Shown here: positions 28,618-40,781 of the stretch, one piece after another
How positions within the stretch are numbered: position 1 is the first letter of the stretch
Layout of the letters: each line of letters opens with the position of its first letter
From: an uncultured Actinomycetes bacterium
Lineage (GTDB): Bacteria; Actinomycetota; UBA4738; HRBIN12
Length of the DNA: 64,000 nt
NCBI GenBank assembly: GCA_963810635.1
Contig: CAWEOB010000002.1
Location: forward strand, 2,320 to 66,319
Direction of reading: 5' to 3'
Made by a program: the position numbers and the translations under genes
Notes under the pieces: model-generated
Databases searched by the model: none
What the model was told of the DNA's origin: nothing
What the model saw: only the letters and a program-made list of their open reading frames with translations

Positions 28618-29114
28618 GACCGGAGCAGTTGGCGGACTCGGTCCGGGAGCGGTTGCCGGATGTGCTCGTGGTCCGCGACGAGGTCGTCGCCGTCGTCGAT
28701 CGCGACGACCTGCTGGCGACGTTGCGGTGGCTGCGCGACCGTCGAGAGGTGGAGCTCGGATTCCTCTCCGATGTCACCGCCACGGACTGGCCGGAGACCG
28801 AGCCGCGCTTCTGGCTCGCCTACGACCTCCGGTCGATGGACGAGAAGCATCGCCTCCGGTTGAAGGTCGGCCTGCCCGGGCACGACGCTCGGGCGCCGAG
28901 CGTGACCCCGATGTTCCCGACCGCCAACTGGCAGGAGCGGGAGGTCTTCGACTTCTACGGGATCGTGTTCGACGGGCACCCGGACCTGACCCGGATCATG
29001 ATGCCCGACGACTGGGAGGGCCATCCCCTCCGCAAGACCGAGGAGCTCGGCGGGGTCCCCACGTGGTTCGTGGGCGCCACGATGCCCCCGATCGACCAGC
29101 GGGGCATGGCGTGA
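28614..29114 (+). CDS. nuoC: NADH-quinone oxidoreductase subunit C
   Basis: GTGA overlap with nuo[26 protein letters not shown]...GHPLRK motif. Confidence 0.9.
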   Translation: MRPEQLADSVRERLPDVLVVRDEVVAVVDRDDLLATLRWLRDRREVELGFLSDVTATDWPETEPRFWLAYDLRSMDEKHRLRLKVGLPGHDARAPSVTPMFPTANWQEREVFDFYGIVFDGHPDLTRIMMPDDWEGHPLRKTEELGGVPTWFVGATMPPIDQRGMA

Positions 29115-30427
29115 GCGCGAGGGAGCTCCCGGGCGCGGACGATGGGATGGAGGTCGCTCGCGACGGGCTCGAGGTCGAGCTCCGCGATGCCGTCACAGGT
29201 GAGCTCCGCCAGGAGACCATGATCATCAACATGGGTCCCCAGCACCCGTCGACCCACGGGGTGCTGCGCCTCCTGCTCGAGCTCGACGGCGAGACGGTGG
29301 TGACCTGCAAGCCGGTGATCGGCTACCTCCACACGGGCATCGAGAAGAACACCGAGTACCGCACCTGGATGCAGGGTGTGACCTACGTGACGCGGGCGGA
29401 CTACCTCTCGCCCTTCTTCAACGAGCTCGGCTACTGCATGGCGGTGGAGCGTCTGCTCGGGATCGAGGCGCCGCCGCGCGCCCAGGTGCTCCGGGTGCTG
29501 GTCTGCGAGCTGAACCGGATCTCGTCCCATCTGGTCTGGCTGGCGACCGGTGGTCTCGAGCTCGGGGCGGTCTCGGTCATGCTGTATGGCTTCCGCGAGC
29601 GCGAGATGATCCTCGACATCTTCGAGGCCATCACGGGTCTCCGGATGAACCACGCGTACATCCGGATCGGCGGGGTCGTCATGGACCTTCCCGAGGACGG
29701 TCCGCGGCGGATCCGCGAGCTGCTGGGCGTGCTCCCGGGGCGGTTCGACGAGTACGAGACCCTGCTGAACGACAACCCGATCTGGCGGGAGCGCAACGAA
29801 GGGGTCGGCATCCTCACGGCCGAGCAGGCGCTGGCGCTCGGGGTGACGGGGCCGGTCCTCCGTGCAGCTGGTGTCGACGCCGACCTCCGCAAGGACATGC
29901 CCTACGGCGGCTACGACACCTACGACTTCGAGGTGCCGGTGCGAGAGGAAGGCGACTCGTACGCGCGGTACGCGATCCGGATCGAAGAGATGCGTGAGTC
30001 CCTGAAGATCGTGGAGCAGGCCCTCGACCGCTGGGAGGAGACCCCCGGCGACGTGATGGTGGACGACCCCAAGGTCCGCTGGCCGGCGAAGCTCTCGGTG
30101 GGCCCCGACGGCATCGGCAACGATCCCGCGTACCTCAGCCACATCATGGAAGGATCCATGGAGGCCCTGATCCACCACTTCAAGATGGTGACGCAGGGCG
30201 TGGAGGTCCCCCCGGGGGAGGTCTACCAAGCCATCGAGTCCCCGCGCGGTGAGCTCGGCTTCTACGTCGTGTCGAACGGCGAGCACCGGCCGTATCGCGT
30301 GCACATCCGCGACCCCTCCTTCGTGAACCTGCAAGCGCTCCCGGTCATGCTCGAGGGCGGCTTGATCGCCGACGCGGTGGCCGCCAACGCGTCACTCGAT
30401 CCCGTGATGGGTGGTGTGGACCGCTGA
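29111..30427 (+). CDS. nuoD: NADH-quinone oxidoreductase subunit D
   Basis: GTGA overlap with nuo[26 protein letters not shown] and DPVMGGVDR motifs. Confidence 0.93.
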   Translation: MSARELPGADDGMEVARDGLEVELRDAVTGELRQETMIINMGPQHPSTHGVLRLLLELDGETVVTCKPVIGYLHTGIEKNTEYRTWMQGVTYVTRADYLSPFFNELGYCMAVERLLGIEAPPRAQVLRVLVCELNRISSHLVWLATGGLELGAVSVMLYGFREREMILDIFEAITGLRMNHAYIRIGGVVMDLPEDGPRRIRELLGVLPGRFDEYETLLNDNPIWRERNEGVGILTAEQALALGVTGPVLRAAGVDADLRKDMPYGGYDTYDFEVPVREEGDSYARYAIRIEEMRESLKIVEQALDRWEETPGDVMVDDPKVRWPAKLSVGPDGIGNDPAYLSHIMEGSMEALIHHFKMVTQGVEVPPGEVYQAIESPRGELGFYVVSNGEHRPYRVHIRDPSFVNLQALPVMLEGGLIADAVAANASLDPVMGGVDR

Positions 30428-31002
30428 TGCCGGTCTTCGCCGGGGTCGCGCACGACGAAGCGCGCGCCATCATCGGCCGGTATCCGTCCGGACACGAGCG
30501 CTCCGCCGTGATGCCTCTGCTCTACCTGGCCCAGTCGATCGACGGCATGGTCTCGCGCGACGCGCTGCGTGAGATCGGTGGGCTCCTCGGGATCACCACC
30601 GCCGAGGTCGAGGCGGTCGCCTCCTTCTACACGATGTACCGCCTCCGTCCCACCGGCGAGCATGTGGTGAACATCTGCACGAACCTCGCGTGCAAGCTGC
30701 GCGGCGCCGGCGACGTGTACGAGGCGGCGCATCAGGCGGCCGAGATGCCGCACGGCCAGGAGATCTCCGACGACGGTCTCCTGACCCTCCACGAGGAGGA
30801 GTGTCTCGGGGTCTGCGACTTCGCGCCGGCCGTGCAGATCGACTTCGCGAACCACGACGGGGTCTCGCCGGAGCGGATGCGCGACCTGGTTGCGCGACTC
30901 CGCGCCGGCGAGACCCCGGAACCGTCGCGCGGGCCTGCGTTCGCGAGCTTCCGCGCCGCGTCGCGGGCGCTCGCGGGCCTCCAGGAGGTCCCGGCTCCGT
31001 GA
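30427..31002 (+). CDS. nuoE: NADH-quinone oxidoreductase subunit E
   Basis: TGATG overlap with nuoD. [2Fe-2S] ligands in ICTNLACKLRG and ECLGVCDFAP. Confidence 0.9.
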   Translation: MPVFAGVAHDEARAIIGRYPSGHERSAVMPLLYLAQSIDGMVSRDALREIGGLLGITTAEVEAVASFYTMYRLRPTGEHVVNICTNLACKLRGAGDVYEAAHQAAEMPHGQEISDDGLLTLHEEECLGVCDFAPAVQIDFANHDGVSPERMRDLVARLRAGETPEPSRGPAFASFRAASRALAGLQEVPAP

Positions 31003-32301
31003 CGATCGACTTCGAGCCTCGCCTGACGCGTCATTGGGGGGATCCGAGCGTCGATCCCCCTGGACGGCTACGTGGCCGCGGGCGGCTACGCGGGGCTCCG
31101 CCAGGCGCTCGGGATGTCATCGGGCGACATCGTCGAGGTCGTCAAGGCGAGCGGTCTCCGGGGTCGTGGCGGCGCCGGGTTCCCCGCGGGGATGAAGTGG
31201 GGGTTCGTGCCGCGCGACACCGGCAAGCCCACGTACGTCGTCGTGAACTTCGACGAGTCGGAGCCGGGCACGTGCAACAACCGAGAGCTCGTGGAGCGGG
31301 AACCGCACCGGCTCCTCGAAGGGGCGGCGATCGCCGCACTCGCCATCGGCTGCGAGACGGCATTCATCTACGTCCGAGGCGAGTACCTCTGGCAGAGCCT
31401 CGTGCTCGAGCGGGCCATCGCGGAGGCCTACGCGGGTGGGTACCTGGGTGACGACGTCCTGGGCTCCGGCCTGCGGATCGACGTGGTCCTGCATCGCGGC
31501 GCCGGCGCCTACATCTGCGGCGAGGAGACCGCGCTGCTGAACTCCTTGGAGGGCCTGCGGGGCCAGCCGCGCCTCCGCCCGCCGTTCCCCGCCGTCGAGG
31601 GCCTGTACGCGAGCCCCACCGTGATCAACAACCCCGAGACCCTCATGAACGTGCCGGACATCGTGGTCCGAGGCGCGGAGTGGTTCCGCGAGCTCGGGAC
31701 CGAGAAGTCCCCGGGGACGAAGATGCTCACGCTCTCGGGCAAGGTGGAGCGGCCCGGCAACTACGAGGTCCCCCTGGGCACCCCGTTCCGAACGATCCTG
31801 GACGACCTCGGCGGCGGCATGCTCGGGGGACGGGCGCTCAAGGCGTGGACGCCGGGCGGATCATCCACCCCGATGCTCACCGCTGCACACGTCGACACCC
31901 CGCTCGACTACGAGTCGCTCGCCGAGGCCGGCTCCCTGCTGGGCACCGCGGCGATCATGGTCATGGATGAGACCGATTGCGTCGTGGAGTGCGCCACGCG
32001 GATGGTCCGCTTCTACGCCCACGAGTCCTGCGGGAAGTGCACCCCCTGTCGTGAGGGCAGCTGGTGGGCCACCCGCGTGCTCGGCCGGATCGAGGAGGGG
32101 CACGGCCGTGCCGAGGACCTCCCGCTCATGGCGGACATCGGCCGGAACCTGTTGTTCCGAGCCTTCTGCGCCCTGGCCGACGGCACGGCGTCGGTGATCA
32201 ACTCGAGCCTGAAGCACTTCGCCGACGAGTTCGAGGAGCACGTCCGGCTCGGAGCCTGCCCGCTCAAGATCGACCACGTGCCGCTGGAGGTCGCCTCGTG
32301 A
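30999..32301 (+). CDS. nuoF: NADH-quinone oxidoreductase subunit F, with an apparent 1-nt frameshift at 31053-31061
   Basis: GTG 30999 overlaps the nuoE stop. The first 19 codons (VTIDFEPRLTRHWGDPSVD) are in one frame. The remainder is ORF 31072.. (GLRGRGGAGFPAGMKWGF, ESCGKCTPCREG). The break falls on GATCCCCC. Confidence 0.9.
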
Positions 32302-34740
32302 GCGCGGACCTCATCGCCCTCACGATCGACGGCAAGGAGGTCGTGGTCCCGAAGGGAACGCTGATCATCCGGGCAGCCGAACAGCTCGGCATCGAGATCC
32401 CGCGGTTCTGCGATCACCCCTACCTGGAGCCGGCCGGCGCGTGCCGGCAGTGCTACGTGCAGATCGAGGGCCAGCCGAAGCTCGCCACCTCATGCACCGT
32501 GACGGTCGCCCCCGGCATGGTGGTGCAGACCCAAGCAACGAGCGACGATGTCCGCGAAGCCCAGGTCGCGAACCTCGAGTTCCTGCTGCTCAACCACCCG
32601 CTCGATTGCCCGGTCTGCGATCGCGGCGGCGAGTGCCCGCTCCAGGATCAGGCCCTGGCGTACGGCCCCGGCGAGAGCCGGTTCCGCGAGGCCAAGCGCG
32701 TCTTCGAGAAGCCGATCCCGCTGTCGCCGCTCGTCAACCTCGACCGTGAGCGCTGCATCCTCTGCGCCCGGTGCACCCGCTTCTGCGACCAGGTCAGCGG
32801 TGACCGGTTCATCGAGCTCTACGCACGCGGCGCCGGCGAGCGGGTCTCGATCGCGGCGGGGGAGGACTTCCGCTCGCCGTTCAGCGGGAACACGGTCCAG
32901 ATCTGCCCCGTCGGCGCGCTGACCGCCACGCCGTACCGGTTCGTGGCTCGACCGTTCGATCTCTCCTCGGGGGACTCGATCTGCCAGCACTGCTCCAGCG
33001 GATGTGCGGTGCGCGCCGACGTCCGGCGCGGTGAGGTCGTGCGCATGCTCGCGCGCGACAACCCTGAGGTGAACGACGCCTGGATCTGCGACAAAGGCAG
33101 GTTCGCGTTCCGATCCGCCGACGCGCCCGATCGGATCACCACCCCGCTGCTCCGCGACCGGGGCCTCGAGCCGGCGTCGTTCGGCGAGGTCTTGGCATGG
33201 GTCGCGGAGCGGGCGACGGGGGCCCGCGTGGCGTTCCTGACGGGTGGACGCCTGATGGACGAGGACTATTACGCGCTCTCGAAGCTGGCGCGGACCGTCT
33301 TCCGGACGAACGACCTCGACCACCGGCGTCACGACGGGGGGGCCGCCGAGCTCGTGGCTGCCGGCGTCCCTCTGAGCATCACGTCGCGGGATCTGGAGCG
33401 TGCGAAGGTGATCCTGGTCGCGGGCCTCGACGCCGAGCAGGAGGTCCCGATCCTCCACCTGCGTCTGCGGAAGGCGGCAGCCCGCGGAGCTCGGATCGTC
33501 GTGGTGCACCCGCGCCGGACGCGCCTGCACGACGTCGCCACGCACGTGCTGGCATCGCCGGCGGAGCAGGCCCGGCTCCTCGCCGCGGGGGCCCGCGGCG
33601 AGGCGACCGGGAGCGAGGCGCTCGACGACGTGCTCGCCGGCCTGCACGACGTCGGCGATGCCGGCGCCGTGCTGGCCGGCGAGCGGCTGGAGCGAGCGGC
33701 GGGCGACGCGCTCGCGATCGCCCGCTCCGCGGGCGCTCGCTTCGGCTACGTGCAACGACGGGCCAACGACCGCGGCGCCCTCCGTGCCGGCGTCCACCCC
33801 CGGCTCCTCCCGGGCGGGCGTCCGTTCACGGACGCAGCAGCCCGCGCGGAGGTCGAGGCGGTGTGGGGTCCGATCATGGCTGCCGATGAGGGTCGCAGCC
33901 GCCATGAGATCCTGGCGGCCGCCGCTGCGCGCGATCTCGACGTCCTGTTCCTGATCGGGGTCGACCCCCTCCGTGACGAGCCCGATGCCGGGCTCGCTCG
34001 ACAGGCGCTCGACAACGTGCCGTTGAAGGTCGTGCAGTCGCTCGAGCTCGGCTCCCTCGAGCCGTTCGCGGACGCCTTCCTGCCGGCAGCCGCGATCCTG
34101 GAGAAGGACGGTCACCTCACGGATTGGGAAGGCCGCTCGCAACGGCTCCAGGCGATGCGGACGTCGGCAAGGATCGAGCCGCCCCGACTGGGAGATCTTC
34201 TGCGGGCTCGCAGCCGCCATGGGGGATGATCTCGGGTTCGACACGCTCGATGAGCTCCACGAGGAGATGGGTGGTCTGCTCGCTCCCCGGGCGGCGGACG
34301 GAGATCCCGCCGAGGTCGGCGCCGCCCGGGCCGCCCGCCCCGCGGACGGCGCCGTCGAGCTGTTCACCTACCCGCTGCTCGTCGATGAGGGGCGGCTGAG
34401 CGATCGAGCCGATCAGCTCAAGGCGGCACTCGGTGAGGGCCCGTTCCTCGAGGTCCATCCGGACACCGCCTCGCGCCTCGGGCTGACGGACGGCGGGCGG
34501 GCACGGGTGGCGACGGTTGCCGGGGACGCCGAGCTCCCCGTGCGGATCGCGGACACGATCGCGATCGACACAGCGTTCGTGCCCTTCAACCAGCCCGGGT
34601 TCGCGGCGAACATGCTCCTGTCGGGTTCGTTCCTCACGCATGCGACGTTGACGGCCGTCGCACCGGACCACGCGGACGACGGTGAGCAGGAAGAGGGTCC
34701 CGCCGCCGGCGCGCCGGCCCCCGAGGAGGTGCCCGCCTGA
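32298..34740 (+). CDS. nuoG: NADH-quinone oxidoreductase subunit G, with an apparent 1-nt frameshift at about 34172-34186
   Basis: GTGA overlap with nuoF. RFCDHPYLEPAGACRQCYV, HPLDCPVCDRGGECPLQ and CILCARCTRFC motifs. The C-terminal 173 aa are in ORF 34219..34740. The junction reads ...ARIEPP / DWEIFCGLAAAMG at a CCCC run. Confidence 0.9.
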
Positions 34741-35882
34741 TGGACTGGGTGGACTGGACGATCCTCATCGGGAAGGTCGTCGTGGTCTTCTTCGCGTTGC
34801 TGCTCTCGGTGCTGCTCTACATCTGGATGGAGCGCAAGGTCATCGCGGACATGCAGACGCGCACCGGCCCCCTGCGCGCGGGACCACGTGGGATCCTCAT
34901 CACCCTCGCCGACGGCATCAAGCTGTTCTTCAAGGAAGGGATCCTCCCCACGAACGCCGACCGGCCTATCTACCTCCTGGCGCCTGTGCTCGCGATGATC
35001 CCCGCGTTCCTGGCCTTCGCCGTGATCCCGTTCGGGACGAGCGTGACCATCGCGGGTCGTGAGGTCACCCTCCAGCTGGCGGACCTCGACATCGGGATCC
35101 TCTGGGTGCTCGCGATGACCTCGATCGGCGTCTATGCCGTCGTGCTCGCCGGGTGGTCGAGCGGCTCGAACTACCCGCTCTTGGGCGGCGTCCGATCGAG
35201 CGCGCAGATGATCAGCTACGAGGTGGCCATGGGCCTCGCGTTGATCGCGGTGCTGATGTTCAGCGGGAACCTCCGGCTCTCCGAGGTCGTCGCGGCGCAG
35301 GAGCGCGTCTGGTACGTGTTCCCCCAGCTGCCCGCATTCGTCGTCTTCCTGGTCTGCGCCCTCGCCGAGGTGAACCGGCCGCCGTTCGACCTGGCGGAAG
35401 CCGAGTCCGAGCTCGTGGCGGGGTTCCATACCGAGTACTCGGGCATCACGTTCGCGCTCTTCTACCTCGGTGAGTACGTGAACACCGTCACGGTCTCGGC
35501 CGTCGCGGTGACCCTGTTCCTCGGTGGCTGGAACGGACCGTTCGCGCTGCGCTTCTGGTGGATGTCCGTGTTCTGGTTCCTCTTCAAGCTGACCGCGGTC
35601 ATCTACGTGTTCATCCTGATCCGCGGGACGCTGCCGCGCATGCGCTACGACCGGTTGATGAACTTCGGCTGGAAGATCCTGATCCCGTTCGGTCTGTTCT
35701 GGGTGCTCGCCACGGGCGCCATCATCATCCTGCCCGAGCGCTTCGCCGACGTCGTGTTCTCGCTCGGACCGATCGACGTCTCTCGCGGCCTCTTCATCGC
35801 GATCGGTCTCATCCTGGCGGTCGGGCTCCTCGCCTCGATCGCGAAGCCGTTGCTCGACGACCGCTCGGAGGCGACGCGATGA
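34740..35882 (+). CDS. nuoH: NADH-quinone oxidoreductase subunit H
   Basis: 380 aa with [16 protein letters not shown] and [27 protein letters not shown] motifs. Confidence 0.93.
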   Translation: MDWVDWTILIGKVVVVFFALLLSVLLYIWMERKVIADMQTRTGPLRAGPRGILITLADGIKLFFKEGILPTNADRPIYLLAPVLAMIPAFLAFAVIPFGTSVTIAGREVTLQLADLDIGILWVLAMTSIGVYAVVLAGWSSGSNYPLLGGVRSSAQMISYEVAMGLALIAVLMFSGNLRLSEVVAAQERVWYVFPQLPAFVVFLVCALAEVNRPPFDLAEAESELVAGFHTEYSGITFALFYLGEYVNTVTVSAVAVTLFLGGWNGPFALRFWWMSVFWFLFKLTAVIYVFILIRGTLPRMRYDRLMNFGWKILIPFGLFWVLATGAIIILPERFADVVFSLGPIDVSRGLFIAIGLILAVGLLASIAKPLLDDRSEATR

Positions 35883-36370
35883 GCGACCCGCCGGAGCGCC
35901 GCGCCCCCGGCTGGTGGGCCATCGCGAAGGGGATGGGCACGGTCTTCAAGCAGACCTTCCGCCGGGACAACACGGAGCAGTATCCGAAGGAGATCGTGCA
36001 GCCCCCCGAGCGGTCGCATATCGGGCGGCATCTCCTGAACCGACACGAGAACGGCCTGGAGAAGTGCATCGGGTGCGAGCTCTGCGCCTACGCGTGCCCG
36101 GCGGACGCGATCTGGGTCGAGGGCGCCGACAACGACCCGGAGGCTCCGGTGAGTCCGGGGGAGCGTCACGCGAAGGACTACCAGATCAACTACCTGCGCT
36201 GCATCATGTGCGGCCTGTGCGTCGAGGCGTGCCCGACGCGCGCGCTCACGCTCACGAGCTACTACGAGATGGCGTTCACGTCGCGGGAGGACGCGATCTG
36301 GACGAAGGAACGGCTGCTCGAGCCGCCGCCGCCGCTCGGCAGCGACCCGATCGACCGCGAGGGTCGCTGA
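35879..36370 (+). CDS. nuoI: NADH-quinone oxidoreductase subunit I
   Basis: ATGA overlap with nuo[13 protein letters not shown] and [12 protein letters not shown] motifs. Confidence 0.92.
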   Translation: MSDPPERRAPGWWAIAKGMGTVFKQTFRRDNTEQYPKEIVQPPERSHIGRHLLNRHENGLEKCIGCELCAYACPADAIWVEGADNDPEAPVSPGERHAKDYQINYLRCIMCGLCVEACPTRALTLTSYYEMAFTSREDAIWTKERLLEPPPPLGSDPIDREGR

Positions 36371-36969
36371 TGCCGCTCGACAACGTGGTGTTCTGGGTCT
36401 TTGCGCCGATCTCGGTCGCCAGCGCGGTGGGGATGCTCCTCATGCGCAACGCGATCCACGCCGCGCTGTTCCTGGTGGTGAACCTCTTCTGCGTCGCCGT
36501 GATGTACCTCTTGCTCGACGCATCGTTCCTGTTCGCGGTGCAGATCATCGTCTACGCGGGCGCGATCATGGTGCTCTTCCTGTTCGTCATCATGCTGCTG
36601 GGTGTCGACACGGGCATGTCGGTGCAGGAGCGGCTCGTGGCGCAGCGGCCGCTCGCGATCCTCCTCGCCGTCGGCTTCGTGCTCGAGCTGTTCGTCGCAC
36701 TGCGAGCAGGGATCGGGTTCGCCACCCACGCCCCGCCGGGGTTCGACGTCGTGAACGAGCCCGGGAACACCCAGGCGCTCGCCGAGGTCTTGTTCCGCGA
36801 GTACTTCTTCCCGTTCGAGGTGACGTCGGTCCTGCTGATCGTCGCCGCGATCGCGGCGATGGTGCTCGCGAAGCGCCAGGCCCCCGCCGTCACCCAGGCC
36901 GAGCTCGAGGCCCATCGGGCAGAGGTGGACGAGGAACTCGAGCATGCCGCGACGGAGGCCCCTGGGTGA
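36370..36969 (+). CDS. nuoJ: NADH-quinone oxidoreductase subunit J
   Basis: TGATG overlap with nuo[22 protein letters not shown] and [15 protein letters not shown] motifs. Confidence 0.9.
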   Translation: MPLDNVVFWVFAPISVASAVGMLLMRNAIHAALFLVVNLFCVAVMYLLLDASFLFAVQIIVYAGAIMVLFLFVIMLLGVDTGMSVQERLVAQRPLAILLAVGFVLELFVALRAGIGFATHAPPGFDVVNEPGNTQALAEVLFREYFFPFEVTSVLLIVAAIAAMVLAKRQAPAVTQAELEAHRAEVDEELEHAATEAPG

Positions 36970-37271
36970 GGACACCGATCGCCTACTTCGTGATGCTCTC
37001 CGGGATCCTGTTCGCCCTCGGAACGGTCGGCGTCCTGACGCGTCGCAACGCCCTGGTGATCTTCATGTCGATCGAGCTGCAGCTGAACGCGGTGAATCTC
37101 GCGCTCGTCGCCTTCTCGCGGATGCACAACCAGCTCACGGGCCAGGTGCTCGCCTTCTTCTCGATGGTCGTGGCCGCCGCCGAGGTCGTCGTCGGCCTCG
37201 CCATCATCGTCGCGCTCTACCGCCGTCGGCGGACGGTGGACGTCGACGACGCCCGGGAGCTGCGGTGGTAG
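36966..37271 (+). CDS. nuoK: NADH-quinone oxidoreductase subunit K
   Basis: 101 aa with [27 protein letters not shown] and [13 protein letters not shown] motifs. Confidence 0.92.
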   Translation: MRTPIAYFVMLSGILFALGTVGVLTRRNALVIFMSIELQLNAVNLALVAFSRMHNQLTGQVLAFFSMVVAAAEVVVGLAIIVALYRRRRTVDVDDARELRW

Positions 37272-39181
37272 GGAGCGAGCTCGTCCCGCAGGAAGCGTCC
37301 GGTGCGATCGGACTCCTGTGGTTGCTCCCGGCGCTCCCGCTGCTCGGTGCGGCGGTCAACCTCTTCGCGGGACGGCGCCTCGGGAGATGGGCCGGGTGGA
37401 TCGCCACCGCCCTGGTGGCGGCGTCGTTCGTGATCGCGCTGGCCGCGGTGGGCGATCTGCTCTCCCACCCCGAGGACGAGAGGCTGTTCGTCCAGCACCT
37501 GCTCGAGTGGATCGACGTCGGGAGGTTCCAGGTCGGCGTGGATCTTCGCCTCGACGGCTTGAGCGCCACGATGATCCTCGTCGTGACCGGGATCGGGTCC
37601 CTGATCCACCTGTACTCGATCGCCTACATGCGGGGCGACCCGCGCTATGGCCGGTTCTTCGCCTACCTCAACCTGTTCGTGTTCTTCATGTTGATGCTGG
37701 TCTTGGGCGCGAACTACCTGCTCCTGTACCTGGGCTGGGAGGGGGTCGGCGTGTGCTCGTACCTCCTGATCGGCTTCTGGTTCGAGAAGGTCGCCAACGT
37801 CGAGGCGGCGAAGAAGGCCTTCATCACGACGCGCATCGGCGACAGCCTCATGCTCGTCGGCCTCGCGATGATCGTGTTCCAGTTCGGCACGCTCGACTTC
37901 CAGGAGGTGTTCGGGGCCGCCCCCGCGGTCCTCACCCAGGGGTGGGCGACGGCGATCGCGCTCCTGCTGCTCGCCGGTGCCATCGGCAAGTCCGCGCAGA
38001 TTCCTCTGCACGTGTGGCTCCCCGACGCGATGGCCGGCCCGACGCCCGTGTCCGCGTTGATCCACGCCGCCACGATGGTGACCGCCGGCGTCTACCTGGT
38101 GGTCCGGTCGGCGCCGATCTTCGAGCTCTCGCCCGTCGCCCTCGACATCGTCGCCTGGGTAGGTCTCCTCACGCTGCTCTTCGCGGGCGTCTGTGCGCTC
38201 GCACAGTGGGACATCAAACGCGCCCTCGCGTACTCCACGATCAGCCAGCTCGGCTTCATGTTCCTGGCGGTCGGCCTGCACGCGTACGCCGCGGCGATGT
38301 TCTTCCTGGTGGCTCACGCGTTCTACAAGGCGCTGCTGTTCCTGGGTTCGGGCTCCGTGATCCACGGCATGCACGACGAGCAGGACATGCGACAGATGGG
38401 GGGGCTCTGGCGCCGCATGCCGGGAACGGCGTTCACGATGGGCATCGGGACGTTGGCGCTCGCCGGCTTCCCGTTCATGACCGGGTTCTTCGCGAAGGAC
38501 GTCGTCCTCGAGATCGCGAACACGAACGAACGCTGGGGGTTCTATGTGCTGGGTTCGGTCGGCGCCTTGCTCTCGGCCCTCTACATCGGCCGACTGTGGT
38601 GCCTCACGTTCGCCGGCACCGCACGGAGCGAGGCGGCGGAGCACGCACACGAGTCCGAGCCGCTCATGGTGGCCCCGCTCGTGGTCCTGGCGGTCGGGGC
38701 GGCCATCGGTGGGCTGTTGAGCATCGGAGCTGAAGGACGCCTCCCGCACTTCCTCGAACCGCTGGTGGGTCTGGTCCCCGAGGGGACGCACGGGCTCCCG
38801 GCTCCCGTCTTCTACACGATCGCGGTGGCGATCACGCTGGTCGGGCTCGCCGTCGCCTGGTGGGTGTACGGATGGGGCCGGGTGGACTGGCTGCGTCTGC
38901 GGGAGCGCTTGGAGCCGCTGCCACAGGCGGCGCTCAACGGCTGGTACGTGGATCGCGCCTACGACGCCCTCATCGTGCAACCGGCGAAGTCCCTCTCCTG
39001 GATCGCGGCCTTCGTGGTCGATGCGCGCGGCATCGACGGACTGGTCAACGCGATCGGGGGAAGCGCGAAACGGATCGCCAACGGTGGCCGGCTCCTGCAG
39101 ACGGGGTTCGTCCGCAGCTACGCCCTCGCGGTGTTCGTCGGCGCCGTCGCCGTGCTCCTCTTCGTGGGGTCGAGGCTATGA
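37265..39181 (+). CDS. nuoL: NADH-quinone oxidoreductase subunit L
   Basis: GTG 37265 overlaps the nuoK 3' end. [18 protein letters not shown] and [34 protein letters not shown] motifs. Confidence 0.92.
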   Translation: MVGSELVPQEASGAIGLLWLLPALPLLGAAVNLFAGRRLGRWAGWIATALVAASFVIALAAVGDLLSHPEDERLFVQHLLEWIDVGRFQVGVDLRLDGLSATMILVVTGIGSLIHLYSIAYMRGDPRYGRFFAYLNLFVFFMLMLVLGANYLLLYLGWEGVGVCSYLLIGFWFEKVANVEAAKKAFITTRIGDSLMLVGLAMIVFQFGTLDFQEVFGAAPAVLTQGWATAIALLLLAGAIGKSAQIPLHVWLPDAMAGPTPVSALIHAATMVTAGVYLVVRSAPIFELSPVALDIVAWVGLLTLLFAGVCALAQWDIKRALAYSTISQLGFMFLAVGLHAYAAAMFFLVAHAFYKALLFLGSGSVIHGMHDEQDMRQMGGLWRRMPGTAFTMGIGTLALAGFPFMTGFFAKDVVLEIANTNERWGFYVLGSVGALLSALYIGRLWCLTFAGTARSEAAEHAHESEPLMVAPLVVLAVGAAIGGLLSIGAEGRLPHFLEPLVGLVPEGTHGLPAPVFYTIAVAITLVGLAVAWWVYGWGRVDWLRLRERLEPLPQAALNGWYVDRAYDALIVQPAKSLSWIAAFVVDARGIDGLVNAIGGSAKRIANGGRLLQTGFVRSYALAVFVGAVAVLLFVGSRL

Positions 39182-39269
39182 ACGATCACGTCCTCACGCT
39201 CACCGTCTTCTTCGTCCCCGTGAGGGCATCGCGATGAACGATCACGTCCTCACGCTCACCGTCTTCTTC
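39178..39269 (+). repeat. perfect 36-nt direct repeat of the nuoM start (copies at 39178-39213 and 39234-39269), creating a 19-codon upstream mini-ORF
   Basis: atgaacgatcacgtcctcacgctcaccgtcttcttc occurs twice, 56 nt apart. Copy 1 begins at the nuoL stop (ATGA) and encodes [19 protein letters not shown]-stop. Its TGA at 39235-39237 overlaps the ATG of copy 2. Confidence 0.9.
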
Positions 39270-40781
39270 CCCCTCGCGGGTGTGGCGATCATCCTGGTGG
39301 GCGGGCGGAGGCTGTCCGACACCGCGGTGAAGGTCGTCGCGCTGGTGACCGCGCTCCTGACGTTCGGTGTCTCCCTCACGATCCTCGGCGCCTTCGACCG
39401 ATCGGCCGGCTCGTACCAGCTCGTCGAGGAGGCGGTCTGGTCGGAGTCGGCGGGGCTGTCCTACATCCTGGGCGTCGACGGCATCAGCCTCTGGCTGGTG
39501 CTGCTGACCACCTTCCTGTTCCCCGTGTCCGTCCTCGCGTCGTGGAAGGTGGAGCGCGACGTGCCTCGGTACATGGCGGCGATGCTCGCCCTGGAGACGG
39601 CCGTGCTCGGCTCCTTCATGGCGCTCGACCTCCTCCTGTTCTTCGTGTTCTTCGAAGCGATGCTCGTCCCGATGTACCTGCTGATCGGCGGCTGGGGTGG
39701 CGAGCGCCGCGTGTACGCCGCCATCAAGTTCTTCCTGTTCACCATGGCGGGATCGGCGTTCCTGCTGGTGGCGGCCATCGTGCTCTACGGGCAGGCTGCC
39801 GACCGGCTCGGCCAGGGCACGTTCGATCTGCGGGCGCTGGCCGCGGTGGCCGACGCGCTCCCCGTGGGCACCGCCCGGGCGCTGTTCCTGGCCTTCTTCG
39901 TCGCCTTCGCCGTGAAGGTGCCGCTCGTGCCTCTCCACACCTGGCTCCCCGACGCCCACACCGAGGCCCCGACCGCCGGTTCCGTCCTCCTGGCGGCCGT
40001 CCTGCTGAAGGTCGGCACCTACGGTCTGATCCGTTTCAACCTGACCCTGTTCCCCGAGGCCTCCCGGTACTTCGCAACCTTCGTGGCGATCCTGGCGGTG
40101 ATCGGGATCGTCTACGGGGCGGTGTGCGCGCTGATCCAGTCCGACGTGAAGCGTCTGGTCGCGTATTCGTCGGTGTCGCACCTCGGCTTCGTGGTGCTGG
40201 GCACGTTCGCGTTCACGGAGCAGGCGGTCACCGGTGGCGTCCTGCAGATGGTGAACCACGGGCTCGCGACCGGCGCTCTGTTCCTGCTCGTGGGCATGGT
40301 CTACGAGCGGACCCATACGCGGCAGCTCTCCGAGATGGGCGGGCTGGCCACGCCGATGCCGTGGCTCCTGGGCGCTTTCCTGTTCACCGTCTTCGCTTCC
40401 GTCGGCGTCCCGGGATTGAACGGATTCGTCGGGGAGTTCCTCGTGATCGCGGGTACGTTCGCCGTCGATCACGTCCTGGGCTCGGTCGCGGTCATCGCCG
40501 TGGTCCTGGCCGCGGTCTATCTCCTCTGGTCGTACCAACGGATGGCGTACGGACCGGTCCGCGACGAGTACAAGCACCTCCCCGACGTCTCGAGGCGCGA
40601 GGTCGCCGTGCTGGCGCCGGTGCTCGCCCTCCTGCTGGTGCTGGGCGTCTACCCGTCGCTCATCACCCGCGACGTCGACCCCGCCACCGAACGCGTGATC
40701 GCGCGTGTCGATCCGCAGCAGGAGACCATCGACATCGGCGACGCCCGCGTCGTCGTGATGGTCGGGAGTGAACAGCCGTGA
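39234..40781 (+). CDS. nuoM: NADH-quinone oxidoreductase subunit M
   Basis: [20 protein letters not shown]..., with [18 protein letters not shown] and [23 protein letters not shown] motifs. Confidence 0.92.
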   Translation: MNDHVLTLTVFFPLAGVAIILVGGRRLSDTAVKVVALVTALLTFGVSLTILGAFDRSAGSYQLVEEAVWSESAGLSYILGVDGISLWLVLLTTFLFPVSVLASWKVERDVPRYMAAMLALETAVLGSFMALDLLLFFVFFEAMLVPMYLLIGGWGGERRVYAAIKFFLFTMAGSAFLLVAAIVLYGQAADRLGQGTFDLRALAAVADALPVGTARALFLAFFVAFAVKVPLVPLHTWLPDAHTEAPTAGSVLLAAVLLKVGTYGLIRFNLTLFPEASRYFATFVAILAVIGIVYGAVCALIQSDVKRLVAYSSVSHLGFVVLGTFAFTEQAVTGGVLQMVNHGLATGALFLLVGMVYERTHTRQLSEMGGLATPMPWLLGAFLFTVFASVGVPGLNGFVGEFLVIAGTFAVDHVLGSVAVIAVVLAAVYLLWSYQRMAYGPVRDEYKHLPDVSRREVAVLAPVLALLLVLGVYPSLITRDVDPATERVIARVDPQQETIDIGDARVVVMVGSEQP

